UHGV virus genome: UHGV-0164981
DNA from: a virus
Length of the DNA: 43,926 bases
Strand: one strand, 5' to 3'
Shown: piece by piece, positions 1 through 9,448 of the stretch
Layout: the number at the start of each line of letters is the position of its first letter
How positions within the stretch are numbered: the first letter of the stretch is position 1
Translations under genes and position numbers: made by a program
The notes under the pieces: model-generated
Seen by the model: only the letters and a program-made list of their open reading frames with translations
Told to the model about the DNA's origin: nothing
Database searches by the model: none

Positions 1-53
1 AAGTAAGCTCATAGATAAACCCTGTGGCGCTAAAGTTAATAGCATACTATAAG

Positions 54-74
54 AAAGCCCCTTTCGGGGCTATA
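54..74. terminator. GC-rich hairpin (AGCCCC-TTTC-GGGGCT) downstream of the portal gene
   Basis: Inverted repeat read directly from sequence, flanked by A/T runs; lies just past the 3' end of the minus-strand portal ORF. Confidence 0.45.
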
Positions 75-81
75 TGTGAAC

Positions 82-1563
82 TTACTGCTGAGTGACATCT
101 TGTTGCTGCGCCGACTGCGGAATCTCTCCTGCCACCTGAGTAACAGCACCTAACGGCAGAGGTGCGTCCTCAATAGCGTTCTGAATATCCTCGTCGGTCC
201 AGTCAGTCACCCCTGCTTTACGCAACGCGGCGTAGTATGCGGTCGCTGGCAGCAGACCGGCATTAATGTCCGCCATCCACTGAGCGCGGTCCTGAGCGGT
301 CATCGGTTGCAGGAAGAACTCCATATTCAGCTTGAACTCAATCTCAGTACCGTCACTAAGCCCGAGCATCGTGGCTACCCAGCGCAACGCATCGGTATAC
401 GCCATGCTTACGTTACGTGCGATTGTCGCCATAACGGACGTGTCAGCACCACGTTGCAGGCGGGCCGATTCAGCGGTGATTTGCTGCGTCGGGGTAATAA
501 GCTGTGCGCCAATCTGGATGGCCTGATTCTCTTTATCCAGCATATTCTGTTTAGCCAGGTTATTCTCTCCTGCCTGAACAAGAAACGCGTTGCCGCCGTA
601 ACCGATGTTATGGCCCGAACGTGAACCCATTCGCACGCCGTGGGGGTTGACCTCTTTCCACTGCTCCATGCTCATGTTCTCGCCCGGGGCGATGAACAAA
701 GTTGGCTGGCCTACTACGAAGCTGGATTCCTCATTGTCCGCGCTGTTGCGGAAATGCCCGATATTAAGTTCAGCCAACGGCAGCAAAGGTGCGTCATCAA
801 CCGTCGCGTCGTTATTACTCGCACCAATAAACGTGAATGGGATTTTTCCGCGCAACTGTTCGCCCAGTTCCGGGAAGATTTCTTTTACATCACCCTGCGC
901 ACCACCTTCGGCATCGAAACGGTATATGCGCTGGCGATAGCGGCTGTCAATCAGGTCAAGGACACGGTATTGCTCACCGAACTTGGTTTCAAACTCTGCG
1001 CCAGGTTCTGAGTATTCCCACACCTCACGCAGCACGACCATTGTCACACGGTTAACCGAACCGATGCGGGTCAGTCGCCAGTTGATGATGTTCTCTGCGG
1101 TATAGAAAGCGATGACCGGGTTTAATAATCCAGCGTTCTGCTCTGCTGCCGTTGCGGCGGCGGTCTCCGGGGCGTCCACCAGCAACCCGCCACGACCCAC
1201 CGAGTCAATCTCCATTAGCGTATCCTGGGCGTGCTGCCACAGCCCTACACCTGAGCCATCCGCGTTGCGTAGCAGGTACTCTAGTTCAGGAGGGATAATC
1301 TGCTCCGGGTCTTTGCGCATGACACTGCCAACCATCCCCGCCAGAGTGCGCTTGGTGAAGTTGTAGCAGATAGCGCCGTTCTCATATTCTTCCTGGCGCT
1401 GTGCTGCGTAGGCCGGATCCGGTTCGTTCTTCCCTACGTTGCGCAGATAGCGAATAAGGTCACCTTCCAGAGCGTGGCGCACCTTCTGCCATTTATCGAA
1501 GTGATGCAGCCATTCCCGGTGTTTTGTCTTAACACCCTGATTCTGACCGTTCATAGTTAACAT
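82..1563 (-). CDS. putative portal protein
   Basis: 493-aa ORF immediately downstream of and co-oriented with the large terminase gene (12-nt gap); ATG at 1563 preceded by AAGAGGA. Size and position are typical for a portal; no motif-level confirmation by eye. Confidence 0.55.
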   Translation of the reverse strand: MLTMNGQNQGVKTKHREWLHHFDKWQKVRHALEGDLIRYLRNVGKNEPDPAYAAQRQEEYENGAICYNFTKRTLAGMVGSVMRKDPEQIIPPELEYLLRNADGSGVGLWQHAQDTLMEIDSVGRGGLLVDAPETAAATAAEQNAGLLNPVIAFYTAENIINWRLTRIGSVNRVTMVVLREVWEYSEPGAEFETKFGEQYRVLDLIDSRYRQRIYRFDAEGGAQGDVKEIFPELGEQLRGKIPFTFIGASNNDATVDDAPLLPLAELNIGHFRNSADNEESSFVVGQPTLFIAPGENMSMEQWKEVNPHGVRMGSRSGHNIGYGGNAFLVQAGENNLAKQNMLDKENQAIQIGAQLITPTQQITAESARLQRGADTSVMATIARNVSMAYTDALRWVATMLGLSDGTEIEFKLNMEFFLQPMTAQDRAQWMADINAGLLPATAYYAALRKAGVTDWTDEDIQNAIEDAPLPLGAVTQVAGEIPQSAQQQDVTQQ

Positions 1564-1575
1564 TGAATAATCCTC

Positions 1576-2826
1576 TTAAAGTGCGAAAGTCACCGGGATG
1601 TTGATTACTGGTTTAACCACCGGCATCTCGTAAACTACAGGATAGCCGAGAGCATCCGCCATATGGTCAATGATGCCGTCTTTAGCTGGCTCTCCGTTAT
1701 CGTCGTATGCCTGCTGCTCCAGCGTCTTTGCTATCTCAGGGCATAAGTGGTCGTTAACCCACAGCTTACCTTTTTCCAGCGCGGTATTCACGGCTAAAAC
1801 ACGGTCTTTAACCGGTGGGTTGGCGGATTTAGCGCGGACATCAAAACCGGCCTGCTGTAGTAAGGCAATATCGGAGATTGATGCCGAGTTGGTTTTGCGG
1901 TTCTTGCCGCTGGCGTCGGGGTAAACGACGATGCGGTGGCCTTGTGACTTCCACTTCTCAGTAATTACGCGCACGGTGTCTGGTGTATCGAACAAGCCTT
2001 TCAGTTCTGCTACCGCGTGCCAGCCGTCTTTACGTTGCACATACACGGCGCTGGCGTTTTTCGTAACGTTGAAGTCCTGCCCGATGTACAGTGTGTCGCC
2101 TGGCTGAATCGTCTCTTTGCTGCGGTGCTTGCGACGGTCATACGCGTAATACACGCTGCCGGATGTCAGGTTGACGAACTCACCGTTCAGATACGCGTTA
2201 ATCAACTGTGCTGGGTAAGTCTCTGTCAGCGAGCTGATGTAATCCGGTGGCAGGAAACGCGCGTTCTCGTGTGTTGAAGCCTGCACCATCGAGTAACTCG
2301 GTGTCGGATTCTCTTTGAACTTGGCGTAGACGAACTTGAACCCTTCCGGCGTCGTGGTTACGGAGATGTGGTTAATTACACCCGGGATAACCAGACGCAT
2401 ACGGGCTACAATTTTGTTCCACGCCAGTTCCGCCTTCTCGCGGCTCAATACGTCCAGTTCATCCACGACCGCAGCAGCGATTTTGAAACCTACGATAGAG
2501 CCAGGGTTATCCATCGAACGGCAGATAACCGTCCCGAGAACCGTCTTACCGCGAGTAACCACGACTTCTTTGTCACCGGATTTAACCAGCACATCAAGGC
2601 CGAGCAGGTTAGCCGCTTCCTCGAATGTCGGGTAGAAGATGTCGCGGATAGCTGGATATGTGGGGCCGAAGTAACCCAGGCGCGTACCTGGATGCTTGAG
2701 CATAAACGTAAGCAGGTCAAGGCAGCCAACAAATGTCTTTCCGCTGCCGAAGCCTCCGACGTAGGCCTTGTACTTGTTATCGCAATTCAGGAACAGCGCC
2801 TGAGGGGCGGATAGCTGAATACTCAT
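1576..2826 (-). CDS. terminase large subunit
   Basis: 416 aa; N-terminal Walker A-like GGFGSGKT, Walker B-like VVDELD; ATG at 2826 overlaps the stop of the upstream ORF; portal follows. Confidence 0.85.
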   Translation of the reverse strand: MSIQLSAPQALFLNCDNKYKAYVGGFGSGKTFVGCLDLLTFMLKHPGTRLGYFGPTYPAIRDIFYPTFEEAANLLGLDVLVKSGDKEVVVTRGKTVLGTVICRSMDNPGSIVGFKIAAAVVDELDVLSREKAELAWNKIVARMRLVIPGVINHISVTTTPEGFKFVYAKFKENPTPSYSMVQASTHENARFLPPDYISSLTETYPAQLINAYLNGEFVNLTSGSVYYAYDRRKHRSKETIQPGDTLYIGQDFNVTKNASAVYVQRKDGWHAVAELKGLFDTPDTVRVITEKWKSQGHRIVVYPDASGKNRKTNSASISDIALLQQAGFDVRAKSANPPVKDRVLAVNTALEKGKLWVNDHLCPEIAKTLEQQAYDDNGEPAKDGIIDHMADALGYPVVYEMPVVKPVINIPVTFAL

Positions 2827-3368
2827 TCCTCTACCTCGCCCATGTTTGTGGTAACTATTTTGCCTACGGGCTCCGCAACACTGAAAATAATCTCAGTCGG
2901 TGCCGTTTCTTCGGTGGATTCGACCGGTTTCTCTTTGCTAAGGCCTAGCTTCGCGGCAGCAAATGTAGCCGAGATGCCCGCGGCCCCGGTCTCGGTGAAG
3001 TATGCCTCTTCCAGTGCCTGTGCAGTTTCATAGGCTTCTGCAAATGCGGGAATCTCGCGCAGCCATAGCTTAATAATCGGGATAGTGACGCCGATGTGTA
3101 AGGCGAAGCGGGCCAGTGACGGTGGTTTATCCTGAATCAGCGGGCGTTCGTCACCCTTGGACGTAGGTACAAGTTCCCACGACGTGCGGTCGAAGAACTC
3201 GATTAACGCGTCGCAATAGTCCGGGTCCCACAACGCGGCGGAATTACGGGACGATTGATAAAGGCTCTGTTTCCCACGCGGTCGCCTACGGCGGCGGTTT
3301 GCACTAACAGCTTCTTCATGTGCAGCTTGCACCACCTCTGGCGATGGCTGCTTGAGTTTCAGCTTCAT
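2823..3368 (-). CDS. putative terminase small subunit
   Basis: ORF directly upstream of and overlapping TerL (ATGA-type junction). Track ORF extends to 3407 with a non-ATG start; the internal ATG (MKLKLKQ...) at about 3368 has an AAGGGGA RBS. Arg-rich N-terminal stretch; call is by position only. Confidence 0.4.
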   Translation of the reverse strand: MKLKLKQPSPEVVQAAHEEAVSANRRRRRPRGKQSLYQSSRNSAALWDPDYCDALIEFFDRTSWELVPTSKGDERPLIQDKPPSLARFALHIGVTIPIIKLWLREIPAFAEAYETAQALEEAYFTETGAAGISATFAAAKLGLSKEKPVESTEETAPTEIIFSVAEPVGKIVTTNMGEVEE

Positions 3369-3466
3369 AGAATCCCCTTGCATATGCGTCTGACCATCAG
3401 AGCGCACCAGACGCGCCCTACGCGTCTAAAGGGATTATATAAGGGGATTGGGCGGGATGTACAGAA

Positions 3467-3486
3467 AAGCCCTCCGTAGAGGGCTT
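3467..3486 (-). terminator. hairpin GCCCTC-CGTA-GAGGGC followed by a U-run on the minus strand
   Basis: Read from sequence; separates the small-gene block from the packaging genes. Confidence 0.5.
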
Positions 3487-3578
3487 GTATCAGTTATATA
3501 GGCCGTGTCGTGGTGCTCTCTTACCGTCGCCGTCGTAATGGTCATTAGCTACGGCGATAGCCCAGGCGTTAGGGATGA

Positions 3579-3821
3579 TTAGTAACCGCATTCGTTCTCC
3601 TCTTTAGCAATACGTTGTTCAGTTTTAGTGATGCCACGGCGCGTGAATAACACCGGGCTTGTCTTAACGTGCGTCATCAGACGGTTGTTATAGATTACGT
3701 GGCGCTCACATTTCACGTCTTTGCTGTACTTCGCGATCGTCATTTCGTTGAGGCCAGTTTGTCGGCATGTCTCCGCCATCGTGCCGAATTCTTTAATCAG
3801 GTTAGGAATGCTGGTAATCAT
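3579..3821 (-). CDS. small hypothetical protein with possible HTH
   Basis: Track ORF 3579-3845; internal ATG at about 3821 overlaps the upstream stop. Segment ETCRQTGLNEMTIAKY looks HTH-like. Confidence 0.3.
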   Translation of the reverse strand: MITSIPNLIKEFGTMAETCRQTGLNEMTIAKYSKDVKCERHVIYNNRLMTHVKTSPVLFTRRGITKTEQRIAKEENECGY

Positions 3822-4012
3822 CCTAAGAAATTCCTCGTTGTCCACATCGCATTCGGATATTTGTTATCGCGGTCCTGCACTACGGCAATCACGTTACCAC
3901 GTTGCACCAGGCAGAAGTGCCGTTGTTGCTCACCGTTGTAGCGACGCCAGATTGCTTCTTCGATTGCCGCATTAATGTCACTGAACACTGTCTCTACCCC
4001 ACATAAACCCAA
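3818..4012 (-). CDS. hypothetical protein
   Basis: 64-aa ORF in a tightly packed co-directional series of small genes. Confidence 0.3.
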   Translation of the reverse strand: MGLCGVETVFSDINAAIEEAIWRRYNGEQQRHFCLVQRGNVIAVVQDRDNKYPNAMWTTRNFLG

Positions 4013-4181
4013 TCAATACGCCGATAAAATAACCTGCTGCGACAAGGCCAATAACCACCTCAAGACTCATACTCAACCCTCCATACTTAATAGCACGTAT
4101 CCAGGCAGTTCCGCCAGCTTGATTCCTGCCATAACAGGCTCAAAATGCTCAGGTAATATCTTTAGTTCGTGAAACATACTC

Positions 4182-4364
4182 TCACCCAACTATCTCATCA
4201 CCAAGCCACGCCGTTTCTCGTATATCATCGACCACACAGGCGGCGTGCTCACGGCTAATTGCAAAAATGTAGAAACTAAACTTCTTCCCGTCGGCGTCGA
4301 TATGGTTAACCGAGTAGGGTTTCCACAGGACACCATCAATTACTACTGGTTTAGGCGACTTCAT
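4182..4364 (-). CDS. hypothetical protein
   Basis: 60-aa ORF, co-directional small-gene block, overlaps neighbour by 14 nt. Confidence 0.35.
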   Translation of the reverse strand: MKSPKPVVIDGVLWKPYSVNHIDADGKKFSFYIFAISREHAACVVDDIRETAWLGDEIVG

Positions 4365-4599
4365 ACGCTTTACCGCATTTTAAGCATGTGACTCGATGCA
4401 CCCCATCAACTAAATGCAGGCGGTAATCATGCTCGCAGGCGTTCATCTTTTCCCCTTCTCCTCTCAACAACATGAGAAGAACCTTAAATGCGGCTAACTG
4501 GTACTCACCGTTAATCGACAGTTGCCCGCCTAGCGTCTGTTTCTCCGACTCAAGCACCAGAATACGGCGCTCGAGCGATGCGATTGTGATTTTAGGCAT
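4351..4599 (-). CDS. hypothetical protein with C-terminal Cys/His cluster
   Basis: 82-aa ORF; C-terminal CEHDYRL...CLKCG suggests a zinc-ribbon-like element; stop/start overlap with next gene. Confidence 0.35.
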   Translation of the reverse strand: MPKITIASLERRILVLESEKQTLGGQLSINGEYQLAAFKVLLMLLRGEGEKMNACEHDYRLHLVDGVHRVTCLKCGKAYEVA

Positions 4600-4823
4600 T
4601 ATTCTGCTCCCTCATAAAAATAACCATCGAAACTGTCGTTAGTAGGGGAAGGTTTGTTCAGGTTAAAGCGGTTAATCAGTTCGCGGCGTTGCTCCATCAG
4701 ACGGTCTACCTTATTTGCGTAGTACTGAATCATAGTATCCAGGCAAGCAATCTCTGATTCGCCGTTGTCGGCAGGGCGGAGCGCAGCTTCTACACACGCT
4801 TTCTCATATTCACGGTCAGTCAT
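4599..4823 (-). CDS. hypothetical protein
   Basis: 74-aa ORF in the same co-directional series. Confidence 0.35.
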   Translation of the reverse strand: MTDREYEKACVEAALRPADNGESEIACLDTMIQYYANKVDRLMEQRRELINRFNLNKPSPTNDSFDGYFYEGAE

Positions 4824-5381
4824 TTTTACGCTCTCCCCACATGCGATTGAGATACTTGTTCTTGTCCGGCCCAGGGAAACTGTTACGTTTCATCAGTTCC
4901 TCACGTGTCGGGAACGGTGTGTGACTGACTTTACGGCCTACTCGTAATGGTTGGCTTACTTGACCTTGTTCGCTCATCACTTAACCTCAACATAATCGGT
5001 AGTAAGGAATACAATTTCGCCGTTAACAATCAAAAGCGGTGTATCTTCGATGACGCTTTTAACCTCTACAAAATACCCACCGTAACTGTCGTCTATAAAC
5101 AGAACGTCTCCAGGTACTAAATCTGCGGCTAACTTGCTCATTTCTTCTCTCCTGCATAAGCTGCTTTCAGTGTCTGCATCGCGGCGAACCAGAACGCGTC
5201 CGCGGGAATGCTGTTGCTCAGGTTACTAACGGCGATTCGTGCCATCAGTTGTGCGTCTTTGAATGCTTCGATGTCTGTGATTTTCATTTCTCTCTACTCC
5301 GTTCTCGTTGTCGATGGAGTAAATATAATAGGGTCGAGGGTAATAGTCAACTAGTCATTGCAGAAAATAGATAAAAAAAAT

Positions 5382-5402
5382 CCCGGCTAGGTCAGGGCCG
5401 GG
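5382..5402 (-). terminator. rho-independent terminator (stem CCCGGC/GCCGGG followed by U8 on the minus strand)
   Basis: Forward strand shows A8 then the inverted repeat; on the minus strand this is a hairpin plus poly-U, downstream of the lysis cassette. Confidence 0.6.
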
Positions 5403-5585
5403 AGAAACAGAGAGCAGAGGGATGATACAGGAGGTTGGTGAAACCAGTATGAAGCTGCCGTTGTTGGGTGTCAACAGAGATTTCCGGCTCGCGTTACCGC
5501 ACATCGGCCTGACCTTGTCACAGGTCCGCGCGGGGGATGATACCCGGAATGCCCGCAATGTTGTTTATCTTCTGTTGACGAAATA

Positions 5586-5612
5586 AAACCCGGATTCGCG
5601 GTCCGGGTTTCG
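5586..5612 (-). terminator. hairpin CCCGGA-N7-TCCGGG with U-rich tail on the minus strand
   Basis: Immediately downstream of the endolysin stop (5649). Confidence 0.5.
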
Positions 5613-5648
5613 GGGTGGGGCAAGCACAAACAGCGCAGGGTGATTATA

Positions 5649-6137
5649 TCAGCCTTTCACCGCACGTCCAATAGCAACCGCCTCTTGCCACGGTTTACCG
5701 TCGAACAGTGCCAGACGTCCAGCGGTACGGCGGCGCAAGCCAAGTAATGGTTTGCCGTTCTGGTTGATGAACAGCGCCAGCTTGGCCCGCAGTGTCGCAA
5801 CGTCGCCTGAGCGCAGTGCCTTACCGGTACCGGTAGTAGCTGCGATAACGCCAGCACCCGCGTTAAATACCAGGTCGCACACTGCATCGAACTGCGCCTG
5901 TGTCAGCGAATGGTGTGCGGCGGCGTCAACCGCAGCTACGGCCTTAGCCATGTCGCGATTCAGTAACAGGAGGCCTTGGCCTGGTGTGATGGTCTGCCCG
6001 GCCTTAACATGTGGGCCATAGCTTCCGTACCCAATAGTAAGGTACTTCTCATTTGGCGTAGCACGATACGCAGTCCCGCGGAACCCCTCGAACGCGGCGG
6101 TGAAATGCAGTCCATTATCTGAAATATTTCGAGACAC
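5649..6137 (-). CDS. endolysin, GH24 (T4/P22-type) lysozyme
   Basis: Motifs ISDNGLHFTAAFEGFRG...YLTIGYG...QAQFDAVCDLVFNAG...LLGLRRRTAGRLALF match the conserved layout of phage lysozymes. Track ORF starts at a TTG (6188); a GTG at about 6137 with a GGAGGA RBS gives an N-terminus like P22-type lysozymes. Confidence 0.75.
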   Translation of the reverse strand: MSRNISDNGLHFTAAFEGFRGTAYRATPNEKYLTIGYGSYGPHVKAGQTITPGQGLLLLNRDMAKAVAAVDAAAHHSLTQAQFDAVCDLVFNAGAGVIAATTGTGKALRSGDVATLRAKLALFINQNGKPLLGLRRRTAGRLALFDGKPWQEAVAIGRAVKG

Positions 6138-6387
6138 GCTTATGTCCTCCGTATGACAGCCACGCCTGACGAATCTGGCGCAGCGCAACTAATGTGATTA
6201 ATGTCTCAGGCAGCGTTGGTGACACGCTGCCCTGTAACAGGTGGATACATCCGGCGGCGCAGACGATAGCAGTCAGGATATAGAGCACCCGGCCGAACAG
6301 CCCGTCATCAACGCTGGGATGGTACACATTAAACAGCGATGTACCCCCGATTGCCAGCATACCGCCGAACCAGAATAACTCATTCAT
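6115..6387 (-). CDS. holin/antiholin-like small membrane protein
   Basis: About 90 aa from the internal ATG (MNELFWFGGMLAIGG...) with GAGGAGG RBS; two hydrophobic segments; sits between holin and endolysin. Confidence 0.5.
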   Translation of the reverse strand: MNELFWFGGMLAIGGTSLFNVYHPSVDDGLFGRVLYILTAIVCAAGCIHLLQGSVSPTLPETLITLVALRQIRQAWLSYGGHKRVSKYFR

Positions 6388-6688
6388 CCGGGCCTCCTCG
6401 ACGTGAGATGTATTCCCCGGCGACGATACCGGAGAGGCGGGAATAGATAGGCATCCAGAGAATAGCGATGATGAAACCCAGACCAGCGATTTCACGCTCC
6501 CCGGTAATGCCGAACCATTGGGCAGCGAGAGGCGCACCGAATACGGCGCAAGCGAAGCCGGTTACAATAAAGAATAAGCCGTCGATGGGTCCAGAAATAA
6601 CGGACTTATGTTGTCGTAGTCCGATGACCCCTCCGGCGAGTGCGGCAGCGAGAAGCCAGCCTGTCACTGTTTCAGTAAATTTATCCAA
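6380..6688 (-). CDS. holin
   Basis: 102 aa with multiple hydrophobic helices (WLLAAALAGGVIGL, LFFIVTGFACAVFGAPLAA, GLGFIIAILWMPIY) and a charged C-terminus; first gene of the lysis cassette; TTG start with GGAGGA RBS 6 nt upstream. Confidence 0.55.
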   Translation of the reverse strand: MDKFTETVTGWLLAAALAGGVIGLRQHKSVISGPIDGLFFIVTGFACAVFGAPLAAQWFGITGEREIAGLGFIIAILWMPIYSRLSGIVAGEYISRRGGPDE

Positions 6689-6763
6689 GATGAATCCTCC
6701 AGGTGCGTATTAAGTATGCAGTAACTGGAGGATAGCACGGTTAGGAATTATCTTAATAACGGT

Positions 6764-7057
6764 TTATTTATGACGCCAGATGTATTGTCGTCTCTGCGGT
6801 TTCGTCGGAATATCATCGTATCCGAGCGATTTCCAGTAATTAAATAACCGATTAGCGATTGCAGCGCGTTCCTGCGTTTTAAACTCACCGAGATTCACGG
6901 CCTTCCAGTTCTGGAATCCACAGGCGCGGACAGCTTTGCGTCGGGCCTGAATCTCAGGGTACAGCGCGTTACCCCGACGCTTGCATATCTGTGTTTTAGC
7001 TCTCGGTGACAGCGGCGAGAGGCCGCTTCGTTTCAGGATGTCAGTTGCAAGGCTCAT
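6764..7057 (-). CDS. hypothetical protein
   Basis: Track ORF 6764-7102; the internal ATG at about 7057 overlaps the upstream stop. Confidence 0.35.
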   Translation of the reverse strand: MSLATDILKRSGLSPLSPRAKTQICKRRGNALYPEIQARRKAVRACGFQNWKAVNLGEFKTQERAAIANRLFNYWKSLGYDDIPTKPQRRQYIWRHK

Positions 7058-7245
7058 ATACCGAGAATCCCGCTGGCCATTTCTTCGGTAGCTTTCGAAC
7101 ACGGCTCATACATTACCTGTTCAGCGAAGTTACGCAGCTTATGCTCAAGCGCCGCGTAATCATCGTATGTCACATAGTCGCCGTAGTCCCATTTAGCCAT
7201 CTCAGGCTCTTCCCATCTGGTAGATAATTCGTATCTCTGTACCAT
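7054..7245 (-). CDS. small protein, tandem paralog B (MVQRYELS...)
   Basis: Internal ATG of track ORF 7054-7368 with a G-rich RBS; N-terminus MVQRYEL and a W..Y..Y/AxLxxxL pattern shared with the adjacent gene. Confidence 0.4.
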   Translation of the reverse strand: MVQRYELSTRWEEPEMAKWDYGDYVTYDDYAALEHKLRNFAEQVMYEPCSKATEEMASGILGI

Positions 7246-7442
7246 CACTCCACCCCTTCCACATGTGTAACTGACCCACAGTTCGCGCACTCGACGTAAT
7301 CCGGGAACTGGTCTTTGTATTTCTGCAACTCGGCTTTTAGTTTCGCATAGTCCCTGTAGCCAACCCATTCACCGTCTGCGTCTTTCTCTAAATCGATATG
7401 CCCGGTAACCCAGTCTTCTTTTAAATCATATCTCTGCACCAT
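7245..7442 (-). CDS. small protein, tandem paralog A (MVQRYDLK...)
   Basis: Internal ATG of track ORF 7245-7514 with CAGGAGAG RBS; paralogous to the downstream gene. Confidence 0.4.
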   Translation of the reverse strand: MVQRYDLKEDWVTGHIDLEKDADGEWVGYRDYAKLKAELQKYKDQFPDYVECANCGSVTHVEGVE

Positions 7443-7443
7443 G

Positions 7444-7647
7444 TTATCTCTCCTGTTTACCAAGTCGCTTAGGTGAGCAGATAGCGCGTACCTCTGAATC
7501 GTTTGGCTTGTCACCCTGAAACAGGAAGTGCGCGTTCTCTGCGGCGCGTGCCGCTGACTGGCACGCCTCCATCGAATAAAACGTTTCTGATGCAGCGAGT
7601 TGCATCTGGCCTGCGGACAATACCCAGATAAATAAGATGCTGGTCAT
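7444..7647 (-). CDS. small protein with signal-peptide-like N-terminus
   Basis: From internal ATG: MTSILFIWVLSAGQMQLAASETF... (hydrophobic core then AxA-like site). Confidence 0.35.
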   Translation of the reverse strand: MTSILFIWVLSAGQMQLAASETFYSMEACQSAARAAENAHFLFQGDKPNDSEVRAICSPKRLGKQER

Positions 7648-8192
7648 GTCGTCTCTCCACATCTGCGGCACACAAAATAATCCTCGTCGGCATCAAGAAC
7701 CCAATCATGATCACATTCCTGAGTATCGTTTTTCGGTTTATATTCCTTGTCGTCCCACTCACGTTCACCACATTTAGAGCAAAGCTCGCTACCAGGAACG
7801 TTGTTCGGATTGCCTTCGCTGAGAAACAACCCAGGCATAATAATCCAAGAGTGCTCGCATTCCTGGGTATCTTCTTTACGGCAACCAGATTGCTCCGGCG
7901 GTACAGGCGTCTGGGTGCACCGACAATTTACCGTTGGCCCGGGCGCATGTTCGCCAACCACGTAGCTCTGGCCCCTAGAAATGTACCCACCCTTACGCAC
8001 AAGTTTGTAAGCCTCTACATCCCCGGTGGCGGTAGCCAGCGCCATATGTAACTCCTTAATCTGCACCGAAGCATCACGTAACTGATTCTTAAGTGACTGC
8101 ACCTCATGAGCCAGGTCTTCGCTCCGGCTGTTATTTACCTGCTGCCGTAGCTGGTCGATCAGGTACTCGAATATTTCGTTTTTGTTACTCAT
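7644..8192 (-). CDS. hypothetical Cys-rich protein
   Basis: From internal ATG (MSNKNEIF...) with AAGGGGTG RBS; N-terminal coiled-coil-like segment; repeated TQEC(E/D)H(S/D)W and CxxC elements. Confidence 0.4.
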   Translation of the reverse strand: MSNKNEIFEYLIDQLRQQVNNSRSEDLAHEVQSLKNQLRDASVQIKELHMALATATGDVEAYKLVRKGGYISRGQSYVVGEHAPGPTVNCRCTQTPVPPEQSGCRKEDTQECEHSWIIMPGLFLSEGNPNNVPGSELCSKCGEREWDDKEYKPKNDTQECDHDWVLDADEDYFVCRRCGETT

Positions 8193-8349
8193 CAGCTTCA
8201 CCCCTTTTCTCATCCACCCCGACTAGCAGCGATTTAGTGTCGCCGTCACACACCGAAGTGCTACTAATTATTTCGTAAGCGTCTACCAGTTCGCCTAAAG
8301 TCCAGCTACCGTACCAGCCCATCTCTGTCTCTCCTCTCGCTTGTGTAAA

Positions 8350-8381
8350 TGAATAGTAGCCTATTCTATCTTAGCGTGCAA
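8350..8381 (-). promoter_or_regulatory. class A promoter (TTGCAC-17 nt-TACTATTCA) reading leftwards
   Basis: Reverse complement reads TTACTTGCAC gctaagatagaataggc TACTATTCA; lies upstream of a small ORF starting at about 8332. Confidence 0.5.
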
Positions 8382-8538
8382 GTAAATTTTATTGGTGTTT
8401 GTATTGTTGTATCTCCCGCAATAGTCGCTTCGATTGTGGCGTTTGGTGAAAGTGTCGCTTTTTGACGACACTAAGTTAAAGTTGTACGCTGCTGTGTAGC
8501 AGCGTAAGTCACTCAGTAAAATCCCAAACTATTGAACA

Positions 8539-8742
8539 TCACACTTCTGGCGGCTCAGGTAACGGCATCCAGTGAGAAAACACTTCCTGCGCATGTTCCC
8601 CGTAGTCCGCCCGGAAATCACACCAAGTTACCCCATCCCACTCGTACACATTGTTCTGGACAACACCGCCCATACTACTGACGACCAAAACTGGTTGACC
8701 TAGCCCCGGCATCCGCGCACTACACTTAACCCACTCGCCCAT
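8539..8742 (-). CDS. hypothetical protein
   Basis: 67-aa ORF in the early-type minus-strand block. Confidence 0.4.
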   Translation of the reverse strand: MGEWVKCSARMPGLGQPVLVVSSMGGVVQNNVYEWDGVTWCDFRADYGEHAQEVFSHWMPLPEPPEV

Positions 8743-9040
8743 AAATCACCCCTTATTCATCGCAGTTTGCACACCAGCTTTCCACGCCCGCCACGCGAGA
8801 CGCGTCTTAACGTTCAGGTACTCTTTCTTTGAACCCTTGTTAACCGGCAGACCCTCGACCACAGCCCACCGTTCAAATGCTTCTCTCATACCAGAACCTC
8901 ACATTCATCCCGATACACGAACAATAACGACCCTTTGTACTCAATCATAAAACCATAATGGTTGCTGCTGAACGCCAGAAAAACATCACCTACCGAGATA
9001 CCGAAATCTATAAGCCTGCGGTCAGTTATACGGATTCGCA

Positions 9041-9229
9041 TTAACGGCAACCTCCCTCAGAGTCTTCGGCACGAGCATCATGATTCGATGCCGTTCTCTC
9101 CCGCACTTCTACCATCCTTCCTACCACTGCGGCGTAATGCACATACAGCTTTATTGCGTAATCTTTATTACTTGTCGTCTCTGTTATGACTCCGTCGACG
9201 TATACGTCGTAAATTAATTCTTCCATCAC
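9041..9229 (-). CDS. hypothetical protein
   Basis: 62-aa ORF, co-directional, 4-nt overlap with neighbour. Confidence 0.35.
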   Translation of the reverse strand: MMEELIYDVYVDGVITETTSNKDYAIKLYVHYAAVVGRMVEVRERTASNHDARAEDSEGGCR

Positions 9230-9417
9230 TTCGCCCCTTTGAATTTAAAATTGTTGCCGATTAGCTTTAAATTCTCTTCCGCTACGTATACCACCGAATT
9301 TACTCCTCTCACCTTTTGCACAGTAACTCCGTACTCTCCCGGAAATAAAGCGGATTTTAATTCAATCACACCGTATTTACCGTCGGCGCATTTAACCAAC
9401 TGACCCTTCTTAAACAT
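9226..9417 (-). CDS. hypothetical protein
   Basis: Track ORF 9226-9426; ATG at about 9417 (MFKKGQLVK...) has a GAGGAG RBS and lies just downstream of the class A promoter at 9449-9480. Confidence 0.4.
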   Translation of the reverse strand: MFKKGQLVKCADGKYGVIELKSALFPGEYGVTVQKVRGVNSVVYVAEENLKLIGNNFKFKGAK

Positions 9418-9448
9418 AACCACCACTCCTCTGTCTCGTTTCGATAAG

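Noticed and set aside
5355-5558. 67-aa minus-strand ORF between the endolysin and the small-gene block
   Set aside because: It spans the 5382-5402 terminator hairpin and poly-U tract and has a poor start context.
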